From assembly GCA_965637545.1 (NCBI GenBank), contig OZ281496.1, forward strand, positions 28,458,001 to 28,522,000: a DNA stretch of 64,000 nucleotides, given 5' to 3'. The stretch is from Phallusia mammillata (Eukaryota). The notes beneath the pieces are model-generated. The model saw only the letters and a list, made by a program, of their open reading frames with translations, searched no databases and had not been told where the DNA came from. This document shows positions 24,101-37,195 of this stretch, piece by piece (the stretch's first letter is position 1; every line of letters starts with the position of its first letter). Both the position numbers and the translations under genes were made by a program.

Positions 24101-27100
24101 TTTAATTAGGTCTCAAAAAAGACCAGCCATAATCTAGTTAATGTGTGTTACTTCTTTAATGAGGAAAATTACTGCCTAAATAGCTTAAAAAGCGACATGT
24201 TTCGCACCTTTTTATCAATCCCTAATGTGAATCAAGTGTTTACAAACAGGTGTAACTGATGTGGCCACTCAAATCACTGATAACGGCATTAGCATTTTCC
24301 GAAACGTTTGATTATTAAAGCACGTCGCCTTTTAAGTCTTTTGGGACCGGTATTTTCTTCATTAAACTTATGAACAGATTGGTGTATAGTGTTCCAAAAG
24401 AAACACACGAATTAATTTAAAGGTAGACATGGGCCAAGCAATTTTTAATATACAAACCCTAAATACGTACAACAACCATCTTTTAAGGCTTACCTAGGAC
24501 TCCGGTATACTCGTGAGGACAGGTGAAATTCTCGGTCAAATTCCTTGTTGTGAAAGCCTGTACCATAATAAGCGCGGCACATACAAGACGCAGCATAAGT
24601 TGGACGTTTCTGAAGCAAGCGACCAACAAACCAGGAATCCTAACTCGGTACCAGCAGTAGATGACCACAATCAGATACGGGGTCATGTTGATAAGAGCCC
24701 AAGACATACCGATCATGTACATGTAGTAGAAGTAGAACTGTACGTTCTGAGCGATACTAGCTGAAATACAAAGAATGAAGCTTGTTAAAACATAAATTAA
24801 GAACGATTTATCGAAGCAACCCAGATATTATGTGCAACAAAAACGGGTAATGTTTCTTTTGATAAAGTCTGAAGCCTTCCAGCATTTTATTTGCAACATA
24901 TATTTCACAAGTTATCTTTAAAAGTAGATAGATTCAACTGAGAAGTAGATAGATTGTTAAATAGATTCAACAATTTTATTAATGTTCATAACTTTTCATA
25001 GCCAATGCAACCAATGTCCATATCCTTTGTAGCAAGTGTTTGATTGTTTGTGGTCATAAATTATAGCACGCAGGCATACTCTCTTAAAGGACACTTCATC
25101 AAACCAACCTTGGACAATAGCGTAAATGATGGTGATCAACATGATAAAGAACATAATGAAATGCATGTAACAAGCGCGAACATCTTCCTTTTGAAATCCG
25201 ACATTTGATCCTTCTTCATCTTCGTCCGTCTTCTTTTTGGTTGTCTTAAACGTCAGTTCACCTAAAATATAAATAGACGTTGCTTAAACTAATTTTGACA
25301 AAACTATACAAGCTAATATCATTATTTGTATTTTTCAAGGATGCTTTTTCAGCATGTATCGCATATTCTCAACCTAAATTCAGTACCAGATTCGTCGTAT
25401 TTGTCAGTCTTACTTTCAACATGTATTTTACAACATGCTGTATCCTTTTTTCGAACAGGTAAGCATCATCTATTTCTTACTTATTATGCAGTATATAAAC
25501 ATCTTTAACTTTGGGATAGAAAGAGAAAAACGGTTAAGGACTGACATGTGCGACAGAAAGGCTGCAGTTGTGCATTGTAAACGAAACGTTAGAGGACATT
25601 GTCAGTTGGGTATTTGAATAAATTTCAATTAATATGCATTTATTTAATGACGACATACTGCAGCAGACACAAAGATGACTTGCTAATTCTATTTGGTGCT
25701 TTCTACTGGTATTTTTTATCACAACTTAACTGAATGCTTATCTACTGTACCTTTTCCTTTCAGTAGTTTTGTTCCGACGATACGTCTCACTCCGTTAAAG
25801 TAAGTGAACCACAGATTAGTAGAAGCCAACTCTCCGTTCCACATGTCTCTGATGCCGAATCCGGGAGGAGGGAAGAGCAAGAGCATGTTCCCGAGAAGAT
25901 AATAAATGAAAAAGGCGAACGCAAACTCAAGACCAATCTCTGATACAGGCCAGAGACCAAAGAAAATAGCCCAGGCTGGTACGAGCTGGAAAAACGGAAT
26001 TGAGATGGAAGCACAGAAGTAGTTGAAACCACAAGAACTGTAGAAGATACGTTGAGAAAGAGAGAGACCAGACTGCATAAGAGGGAATTCGTCCAGGAAA
26101 ATCTGCAGGTTGCCTTTGCACCAACGTGAACGCTGCTTGAAAATCTCAGTAATTTCGTGGGGAGATTGACCAATGGCGAGTACTTCGTGATGGTAAGCTA
26201 CACCCCAACCCATAGTGCACAGACGGAGCGAGAGTAGGGTGTCTTCAGTGAGGCAACCCACGGGGAAGTAGCCTACATCTTTAAGGGCATCAGCTCGCAC
26301 CACAAAGTTGGTTCCACAACAGTTGACTGCACTCCAGCGATCCAGACTAGGTTCGATACGATGGAAAAATGAGACGTTCAAGTGGTCCCATACATCTTCT
26401 TCAGGGTTGACGTTGTAGAAGAACTGAGGAGTCTGTACCAGGGCTAACGGACGTGTACGCTTCTCCGAGAAGACAGGCAACACTCTCCGCAAATAGTTTC
26501 TCCTGTAAGCAACAAATTATCATTGTAACTTATTATATAAGTTCCGCCAACGCAGTGCACATTTTTTATGTATACAATCTGTTAATGCAACTAAGAAAAC
26601 TTTAATGTGCCAAATTTTAATGCCCAATATGTTAAATGGAGAACCAAGCGTAAGGAACAAACAAGAAAAAGAGATTATTTGACAATGACTAATGATGTGT
26701 GTTTAAATGTCAAGAGTCATTAAACCTCATCAATTTAAGGTGAACAAAAGATCAAATCCTTTTGTTATTTACATTTTGCAAAAGGTATCTTATAAAACAT
26801 AAAAACAGTAGCAAATTGTGCATAATATATTCCAGATTTTTGACAATATTTATGCTTACGACTTTTTTTCTTGTTTGACATTTTACCTGGGCATGAAGTC
26901 GGCATCAAAGATGATCACACATTCCTGTTCTGGGTAAGCGTCGTCGAAGATGTAATGCAGAGTGTGATTGATATTTCCAGCCTTGGCGTGATGAGGAACA
27001 CCAGGAAGTTTGGGTCGGGCAACATAATGAAGGTAAACTCGTCTGTTAAGAAAAATATAAAAGTTTCAACTTTTTATCTGAAGACGTCTTCGATCTCTCT

Positions 27101-30100
27101 ATTATATTTTGAAACGTTGCTCTTTTTGAAAAAAAACTGAAACATTTTTAAACCACAACGCAAAAGTTTGCAGTGTTGTTCATAAGCATATGATTAATGT
27201 GTTTAATTATACATGTGTACAGCCACATTAAGCTTAAAAATGACATTTACAGCCGAAGTCAAGAAGTCATAGGCAAGGTTGCGTTTTTTTGACTTCAATT
27301 TACCGTTTAGTTCGTTTTGACAAAACCCAGTTTTCGAGAATTTCTCTCTTTCCGTCATCCAGTACGTAAACGTGAACGTGAAAGTTTGGGGGCAAGTCCA
27401 TGTGGATAATCTCGTGTACTGTGCCAGCCACCACTTCTAAAGGTTCCTAAACATAAATAAACAACAATAGGACATTGTCCACTATAAGCAAACCTATATT
27501 TTGTTGTCACAATCAAAATTAAGGAACAGTTAATTTTACCTTGTAAGTAGGCACCATAATTCTAGCGGTATGAAACTTGGGGTTCTCGAAGGCATCGGAA
27601 GGGGCAGGGTCACGTGATATCCAGCGCCAAAGGCAAAGACCCTGCAAAAGTCAAAAGACTTTCATAAAAAACGCTGTAACAACTTCTTTAATTTAAATGC
27701 TAATCTACAACCACAGCGTCTGTGGAAAAACGCCTATGGCAAAATTAGTCTCAAAAACAAGTCGTACTGCGTTTTTAGCAAATACCTGTAGGATTAAAGA
27801 CGGGGCTGTAATGATTTCCAGTATAGCAACAACGATACAGTAAATTCGGTTAAGTCCAGGGGCGTCCAGTGTGAATTGAATTCGCACATACACGTAGGCC
27901 AGGAAAGACAAGATGTACACTACATAGAGAACTTGGTAAATGTAATTGTGCCTCTTGAAAGTAATTTTTGGGACGGGAATTGATGTTTCTGGTGCGGGTG
28001 TGTCATCGTCGATGAACTAGAAAAATAAAAATCGTTACTTTTATTCCGTATTACCATTACAATACTTGATACATTTATGTGCTTTATCATAAATAACCTT
28101 GCCTAAAATAATGGTTGTAAAGATACAACTTCCTGTTGTATATAGGTCATTTCTTTCCAACTGAGTTAGGATCCTTTCAAATATATGTTACATATTTACG
28201 ATAAGCATCAAAGCTAAGTTACGGGCATGAAAATAACATAAACACAACAATACAACAAAACTTTCAATACATTCTTGGATCATTTTTTTTGTTCTCACCT
28301 CTTCAAAATCATCCCAATACTCCTCATCATCCGATCCTAGCAAGTCTTCATCCATCATCTTCCCACCAGGGATGTCATCCCGGTAGATAGGAGGAGGTGC
28401 TTGATGGTGCTTCTCTGGGATCATGCTCTCCATCCTGGCAAATGACTCTTCATCATCCATAGGAGGAGGTGGATGTGGGTAGTCATGGCGCTCGGGCTCG
28501 TGGTGACGTTGCCTTCTGTTCACTGGAGGAGGGGCTGATGGCATGACGGCTGGAGAAAACATGCACAAGTTAAGAATCTGATTCATCAGCAGGGAGCAAG
28601 AAGTAGGTTGTTCAAAATGATTTTGAAATTTTCTATGCTTTTGCTCCGTGCATATAAATAAGTAATCGTGTACGTAAAGTCTCCATCAAAATGAGAAAAA
28701 AATCTGTTTTTAAAAAAACAAAATTGGTTTGTTGGAGTAGAAATATATTCTAATATTTAATGAAAGATTAAACAATGAAACTCCAAGTTGCCACAACATC
28801 AGATGTCAAGTTTAAATCATGACGTACATAAAACCGCCCTTAGAAATACAATGTATGTTCGGCAAATAAAGTTTCATATTGACTGAATTGGCTGAAATTT
28901 CGTAGCCTTATTTACATAGCAAGCCTTAAGGGCCTTAAACAGGCAGCTGAGTGTAAGGATTTGGCGAAGTTTTAATGATAAATCAAAACACTTACAAGCA
29001 TTGTTCTGTGCTTCTGCGTGAGCTCTCGTCATTGGTCTAATCGTGAGGTTTCTTGGTCCAATACCACTGTCACTGCTATCGTAAAATTCTTCCTCTGCTG
29101 GACCCCAATCCTGAGATCTGCGATTCTGTACACAGATATTCACAATATAATTTGAATCAACAAAATTTCACTAACCGTGACAACTTAGTCAAGATTTAAA
29201 AATTTCATAAAATTGTTAAATGAAAGTAAAAAATAACATAAACAAACATATTTGAATTAATCCTTCTGTAAAGAGAAGGAATTAGTACAAACCTATGCCA
29301 TCAGCGCAAAATTAAACAATATCAAAAAAGGGTGAAGTGACAAAAACACAAAAGACAATCAAACCAAAAATATGAAAACTGATGTCACCAAATCAAGTTA
29401 AGAAATTATTGCAACCAATTCATCAGCTCAATCAATTTAAAAAATTAACTGAACTGACTTAAGAATACAACGACAATATATCCCGAAACAAGCATAAGAT
29501 CCTTACTCGTCCGGATGGTGGTTGCCCTTCGAATCGCTGCTTAGTCTCTCCTGGCTGATTCTGCGCTTGGTTCACAGCGCTGTACACCTGGAATACGGAA
29601 ACAGTATTACTAACCAGTGCTTTATACGTGTAGCATTTGCATGTTACTGTCCACAATATGTAAATCTTTGTCAGTCCCACGAACTGTAATGTTTCTTCAA
29701 CAACTTCAAAAGATAAGACGAAATCAATGCGTCAGAAATTCTAGTCACCTGCTTTTGACATTCCTCCAATCTCTTGCTGAAGTAATCGGCCATTTCCTCC
29801 ATGTTTTGTGAAGATCCGCCGCGGTTTTCTAGATTTTCCAAACCCTTGGAGAGCTGGAACTTTAGGCTGTCCAGTTCGTCTCTCACTGCTGAGATGTTGT
29901 CGCTTTGCTGATCATCCTGTGTGACAACAATCTATCAAACAACATGGCTCAAACGAAATAGGTTTACAGATTTCTACTAAAGACCTGATACAAGCCTATT
30001 GAATGAATTTTGTAACTTTTTGCAACGTATCGTTGTACACGAAAATTTTGGGGGAGGAAATGATACGGTAAAATTAACAGTAGCTTGGTCAATTTTATGT

Positions 30101-33100
30101 TCACGTAGAACTAGGAGAAGGTAATGTAAGGTTCAGTTCAATTTGTTTCGCTTGGTAGTGATATCATACCGGCATAGGACTCAATTTTACGACTATGACC
30201 GAGTTAGAAATATCTTCGCAGCGCTATATCCCTATGTTAGTCAGGACCCACTAGAAAGAAGGTTTGCCGCATTATATAGTTAAACTACAGTCAATACTCA
30301 TACTTTTAATACCACCAACGTATCACTTACAGGACGGAAAGATCGACTGTTGGTTGGAGTAATGGTTGAGGCATCAGATGAAATTCCAGCTCCAGCACGG
30401 TTGCTGGGTCGAATGGTTCTCGTTGATGGTTCACGACCCTGTCTGGCAAAAGTTCCACCACCTGGCGGCCCACGATTGTAGCTGTACATCGATGAATCGT
30501 CGGTGAAAGACTGAAAAGTTCAGAACATAAAGTGAGTGATTTTTGTTGGCAGATAGACTGACAAAAAAGCAAATTGACGTATATGGCTTTCTTGAGTCAG
30601 TCTTACTTCTTAAACGAAAACGCATAAAACGTGCCCTATCCAACTTTAAATCTATACTCTGCGCTTGTAACATTACTTAAATGCCACCGAAATTAAGGAT
30701 CTACACACACAGTAGACAACTTACGCGATTGCGTTGTCCATCTTGTATTTCATTAATAGCGTGATCGGCTTGACGTTGAACATCTTCAAGTTTTCTACAA
30801 ACAAGTGTAAGATATTGAACTCTGTCAATAGTTACCAATAAATACAAGCGAAAAAACTCTTAGTATTTGTATGATGACTTACTTGTTGAAATACTCAGCA
30901 AGCTCGTCAATATCGGTTGGTCTGCGATCACCATTAGTGAGTGTTGTGTTGGTGTCCTCTGAATATCCAGATTGAAGTCGGCTCATATCAGCACTCTGCG
31001 CATAATTAATGCAACTTATAAATCGTTTGTAATAATGTAAAACAGCTTAACCTATAAATATATGTAATTGAACTCAGCAGGTATGCTTGGTTATACACGG
31101 TCCCAGCCGTACCATGGTATTTGTGTTATAGCCTATGTCTGGTTGTAAAGGTGTTTGTGAAACGACTACATTTGCCGATTTCAAAATGAGTGCAAAATAC
31201 CCGGTACTTAAGGTTATGACAGAAATTTAACTTGCTTTGTTTTATATAAATATTTCAATAGACAATGTTAAATAACTGTGGAAACAATGAAAGCAAGTAC
31301 AGATTGCTTTGCAAATCGCAATACATGTTGAACAAATGTTTACCTCCAATGGATCTGGGTAGAATTGTCCAGTGAAGTTAGATGATGACGTGTCCCGTTT
31401 CAAATATTTCTCCTGCAAAGATTGAAGCAATTTACAAAATTGTTTTGGTGCTGCCCGCGACAGAACAGCTGCTCATTAAAGACAACTTACCGGTTTTGGT
31501 GGTCTGGGAGGGAAACGCCCGTCAAAATCGTCCTGCGAGTCTGTGGAAGAGAAAGACGACTTTTGGGATTTGTTTTAAACACGTGTTCAACATGCAGTCA
31601 TTGGCACACTACATAAGCGAAATGTCTTGTAACTTGCCTATATAGTTCCCAATCACCTAGAAGACTAGTACAGCACTTTTGGTGAAACTAAGGTAGTAGT
31701 TAAACACGTTAATGCATAAAGTAGTTGTGACAGTTTGCAATGGAGTTAAGGCCGGTTTTGCATCATATGGTTTGTACAGACATATCCAATTCATCGCGAA
31801 CCAGTTTGCCAAGGTATACCGAACTTTACTTACCGAAACTGTCAGCAGAACTGTAAACGCTGGAACCGTCAGATCCTAGTCTGTGTTGGTCATCGCTGCC
31901 TGATGTTGTCCTTCTTGTCGAATCGCTGATCTGCAAAACATACAAACATGGTTATATTCAGTCAAAAATCATTAGCCTACCTACATTGTATCTATATTAT
32001 GCCATGTACGACCAACACAGTACTGGGATAATTGGCAGAAACATGACAAATTATTGCAAAAACAGGTGTGTCTATATATCAGTGTAAACACAACAACTGA
32101 AAAACAAGCATGCTGATGAGAATGCATATTTTATGGTAAGCATTAACGATCATGGCGTTTTATCTCGGAGTTGGAAAGTTGTGTTCACACTGAAATATAG
32201 TTGATCCATCAATCAACAAAGACACCTACTCCACTAACTTCACACGGTAACAAACGCCCCGACTTTATCACGTCACAATCCCCAATACGTGGGGAGGCTA
32301 TTACCCGGGTCATACGTCATAATCGACAGGAAACTCGTAAACAAATCAAAGTCATTGTGACGTGTTGGGTGGGAATTATTTCGTTGGGCTCGAGTCGTTA
32401 AACGAGACACGGCGATTATACGATTTGTAAATCGAATCCCCCGTGGCAGGCAATCAACACCGCGTGGCTCGCAAGGTGATATCAAGGTCAGTAGGGAAAA
32501 AGGACAAGTTATGGGGATTGGGGACCGGGTTTGTGTATTGGCGAAATAATTGCACGATTTCACACTGCGTTTATTGCACTACTATATTTCACTTAGAGGC
32601 AGTATCAAGAAAAATACCAAAGTTGCCCTATAATTACATGGACATACACACAAACTATCTAAATACACTGCAGGGGCCATTGTAAGCAACGCTGTTTTTG
32701 GTCTAATTAGTTTACATTTTAAAAATGATTTTATGGAATTTAATTCATTTTTGTGTGCACTGAGATTTGCAATTATGAGAATATATTGGTTTTTGCTTAT
32801 TTTTGAAGATTGTGCAACAATTTCCTGTCTATTTGATGTTAACTGTAAAACGAAAAGTTACATTTCAAATCCTATGCAGTTTTATTCTTACTGTGAACGG
32901 AGGTGCATGCTTTCTTGCATCCATGGTTCGTCTCCTCTCACGTGACTTTTGTCTACCAGGCGGATGGTGATTGGCTCCCATGGAGATGGTTCTCCTCTTT
33001 CCATCCGGGATGGGAGGAGGATCCTGGCTACTTGTGAATGAAGATCCAGACGTGTGACGTGGATAGGCGGAGCTTGGCAACGTGCTGACGTTTCGCGATC

Positions 33101-35295
33101 GGCTGCGTGACGAAACAATTACGTAATTAGTGACGTTCATTTAAACGCACGTTAGGTATCAAATGAAATTTTTACATTAATACAGTTCGTGCTCTTCTGT
33201 GAAATGCAATAATATGTAATATAGTTTAATATAAGTTACATGTGAATTTTTAGAAATAATGCGTATTTATTAACGTGTGTATCATTGAGTGATTAAAGCA
33301 TGTAAGTTGTCAAAACGATTGAAAAGAATAAAGGAAGCAAATGTCAAAATGAAACTGATGAAAAATGTTGCAACCAAACTTAGCCCTCACCTTCCCGATG
33401 TATCGCTATCATCAAAATTAAAATGGCTGGGACCGAAGTCATCAGATGTCGCCTGAAAAATAATTAACGAACGCTTTGAGCAAACTAAACAAAACATTCT
33501 TGTATCAAATCACACCCAAAATATAGTATTACTAATATTATTATTAGTAAGCGAAGCCTTCAACAAAAGTCAATACATTTTTATTTTAACGAAAAGTTTT
33601 TCAATGTATTGTAAAATACATAAAAATATGTATGTTTGTGTATTAAAGCAATGCGCCGAGTATATATAACTATGTATATACACAAAATAGGCAATGACTG
33701 GGGTATACGTTCAACGAAAAAAACAATAAAACGCTAACGTTTTGATTATGGGTTAATCACTCATTAAAAAATATGACCGACGCCTTATAATGCCGTTAAA
33801 CAGACAAAGTACACATAACCCAACAAGATGTTGGTAAATTACAACCAATTAAAACACGAGTGTGTTGTTGTTCAACGAAATCAAGGCCAAAATAAAAGAT
33901 AATTGAGCTGCAGCCTATGATCACGCGCGGTGAACGTGATCAAGTGACACAGCACAGCGAACGACGTAAAGCCGTGACGTTAAAACCGGTTTGTCCACTC
34001 AAGACACACGTTCGGTACGTACTTCATGCGACGTATTGTTTCCAATTAGAGGCTATGTTTCACACAAACACAAAACCTGGAACATGCTTTGAACGCGCGA
34101 CAAGGGGAATGCAACGAGGTGCATACAATCTCCCAGGCGTGGGAATGTAAACAATCAACCTGAATAGAAACTGTTGCGGAACTGTAATGTTTATGGGAAA
34201 CGTGAACTTGTTGTGATAATAAAATGAAAACAACTACAAGATGACGATGTGTTTGAAACTCTAGTTTTAGATTTAGGACGATAATGGTTTCTCCAATTAA
34301 CTACAATACAAACTGTTGCTAAGTCTGAGACTAAAAACTATTTCAAAGATTTGTAAAACTGTGGTAAACGGCGCTTATGTAAGCAAACATTTAACTTTTA
34401 ACAAAATGCTGAAATATTTTTGGTAATATCCAACTATAGCACCGTTGAGTAAGTAAAGCGAGTTTTGTAACCAGAATTTTGCTTTTCAACAATACATGCA
34501 AATTTGTGGGTTTACCGGGAGGGTCGACTTGGGCAAAATGGTGAACATTGCTCTGTAGCCTGAGGCCAAAAAACATTTACATTTAAGCTCCAGATTGTGC
34601 CAGCTTAAATTTCTAAGAAAACACCTGATCGCTACACAGCAATGCTTGAAAAAATTGGTTCTTTATCCTTAACGCCAATAAGGTAAATTTTTTAAGAGTC
34701 ATGATTTGCTAGAACTGAAATTGTACCCAAAGACTAATAAATCCTGCTAAACATGTGCTTGTTTTTTATCCCAATACACAGTTTTGATAAAAATACAATA
34801 TTTTTTGCGTGAGATTAAGTTTTCTGATACTGACATCCGTAAGCGCAAATAGCTTTGAGAAAATTATGGAATGACTTACAAATGATGAACTGGTGTATCG
34901 TGATGGTTTTGGTGGAAAAGAACTGCGTGGTAGACTTCTGCTGTCGTTTCGTCCCGCATTGGAACGCTTGTAAGCTCCAGGAAGCTGCAAAAAACGAAAG
35001 AAAAAGTATGAGACAAAGATACAAATCATGTTTTTTAATAAAATCATAAAATTAAAGATGCTAAATGACGAAAAACACCAAATGATAACTTATTATGTAA
35101 CATATTCCAGATTATTATTGACATAAATCTTCAACACCTCTAGCAGTCGAGCTGAACCAACCTTAATGATTATTCGATACAAAACATGCGTATCACTGGA
35201 CAGTCTTGTTTTTAACCAAGCAAGTAGTAAATTTTAAATTAAATTTTAATATCTTATTAAACCTTTACCTCGTGATCTCTTCCTGAGTGACTCAT
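21149..35295 (-). CDS. CesA: Tunicate cellulose synthase (GT2) with C-terminal GH6-like domain; 28 coding exons, about 1551 aa
   Basis: GT2 motifs DDG (exon 27304-27446), HAKAGN and DAD (26887-27042), QTPQ, TED and QRSRW (25751-26502). Transmembrane exons 27786-28016, 25109-25261 and 24494-24760. GH6-like motifs MEPS (23360-23499), YVDAG/GFSINV/IDTSRNG (22798-23078) and DAYAWVKTPGESDG (21149-21438). Fifteen small N-terminal exons (35269-35295 down to 28299-28549) chain in frame through GT-AG sites, and exon lengths sum to 4656 nt. The N-terminal exon choice is less certain than the core. Confidence 0.93.
24150..24400. mobile_element. Inverted pair of dispersed-repeat remnants with a degenerate hammerhead-like core (Penelope pseudo-LTR-like)
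   Basis: The minus strand of about 24150-24295 and the plus strand of 24318-24400 both match 51803-51945. The minus copy reads TTGATAA..GAAAC-ATGTC. Confidence 0.5.
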
Positions 35296-36242
35296 TTTCG
35301 TAAAATCTTGATGTGTACTCGGTAATACCTCTTTTCGGTTTACACAAGTTGACAAAGTTGGACGCTGTGATGAAAGAAGCGTCGATTCTTTGTCGACTTT
35401 CCTTCTGCGCCCACAAACAGAAACTTTCTTAGGAACGCCTTCGCCTTTTTGGCGTTCAATCAAACAATATTGTATAATATGTGAATATAAACCTTTTTGA
35501 AATAACCCTGAACGTTGATTCTGTGAACAAAACGTCACCGTAGTTATAATGCGTTGCTGACAGATTCTCAGTTACACCTGGCAGTAAAACAAATGGTACT
35601 TGTACATTTTTGTAGCAACGCCTTGTCTAATAATGCCAGGGGGTAATAAACGTGTGTAAAGTCGTTTACCATCAGACAGGTGCTACATAAATCAGACTGC
35701 CAATAAAGTTTGGTGCTCCAGAAATGTTCATAAAAGCGAGGTGAACGTTGCCATTGAGCTCTTTACGATTTCAAACATAGTATGTGACATCTTTGACTAA
35801 AATAAAACTAGCTGACAATACTAAATCATTGAAAAGATACCGAAATGATAATCCCAAAGTTGATATATTTTAACGAATACGTTAGCTTTGTTCTAACATG
35901 TTTCACACTGTGCGCTTACAGAACAACTGTCTTTGCGAAAACAATACCGAAACAAAGTGAAAAGTTAAGTAAAAGTAACTACACCGTTCTTGGTCATCAC
36001 TGTGTAGTCACCGAGTAGTAACTAAACTAATATCCGCAATAGCACTAAGCTGAACTGACGAGCACATCAGGCAGCTATGTTCAAACAATATGATATGAAT
36101 GTGTCCAACTTCCAGTCTTCCATCGGCCAACAACTTGCTCAGCCACTCCATGACGTAGTGGTCGAACAAGTACGGAACGCTTCGGGGGAAAGAATCTCCA
36201 GTTAATCAAGCGTCTGCTCGCTCGATGTGAGCTGTATCTCTA

Positions 36243-36251
36243 GCCTGGGGC
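36243..36251. promoter_or_regulatory. Candidate AP-2 site upstream of CesA
   Basis: GCCTGGGGC fits GCCN3GGC and lies about 950 bp upstream of the CesA ATG. A 9-mer is weak evidence alone. Confidence 0.3.
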
Positions 36252-37163
36252 ACTCGCCGCAATATTCTCTCGCCGCTGAAAATCTGACACTGCTGGTTCA
36301 ACTTCTCACTTTCATGGCAACTAATTGATCCACTGAGAGATTTTTCGACGCCTTAAACTAAGTGTTACATAACGCAAAAGACTCGGCCCAAGTTGGTTTT
36401 GTAAGCGAATGTGGAGTATTATTTAGTAGGGACATGTTCACATTAACCGTATCGAACCAATGTCGTAATTTTCTTTATCAAAAGAAAGATTTTATTGAAA
36501 TAAAACCATTGAGAGAATTTTTAACTCCCTGAACCAGAATATTACATAACGCAAATTACAAACTCGTCGATTAATTGGCGTTTAGCACTTAGGGTTAGTA
36601 TTAACTTATTTGATAAATACTAACTATCATAAGGCCGTGTTATTGAAAATCAAATAGTGTACTTTTCTTCATAAAAATTTTGAATAAAATATACTTAAGA
36701 ACAACTTTTCACCGCAGGGTGCACAAAATACCAAAATTTTTAAGGCGCAACACTAATAGTAAAAAGGAAACATCGGTCATGAACTTTAATGAGTGAAGCA
36801 CAAAATTGTTATAATACATGAAAACTTCTTTCAACTTCCTTTCACTAAAAATATTGCACACTTAAACACTTTTATGGGGATTCTCAATGCTAAACGAGCA
36901 ACTTCGAATCCGATTACGATTACTTGCGGTTTTGTCATTACTTGTCTAATTAGTTTGTTTACAAATCAACATCGGCGTACCGGTCTAATCGGTCATTTCG
37001 CCTAATTAAATATTGCATCATATTTAATACCAGCACTGGTTTTCCGAAAATATACCTGACTTTGGAACACTATACACGGACTTGTAAAGTAGTTTAATCA
37101 CAAACATTACTGTGCCCTTAGTGCTTTATATACCGTGTTCTACAGCTTGATTGAAAACATGCA

Positions 37164-37195
37164 CTGATGATGACAACAGAGATTGTCGAAACGTC
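37164..37195 (+). ncRNA. Minimal type I hammerhead ribozyme-like motif
   Basis: CTGATGA-t-GACAA-cagaga-TTGTC-GAAAC-GTC: intact core and 5-bp stem II, minimal palindromic stem III, imperfect stem I. Flanked by an 18-bp perfect inverted repeat (37095-37112 / 37230-37247). Confidence 0.6.

Noticed and set aside
21149-27042. Cellulose synthase/GH6 as bacterial contamination or a new horizontal transfer
   Set aside because: The gene has many GT-AG introns and animal neighbours, and the tunicate CesA transfer is already well known.
36304-36345. piggyBac-like peptide NLSVDQLVAMKVR on the minus strand
   Set aside because: One short motif followed by stops, with no TTAA/TIR support.
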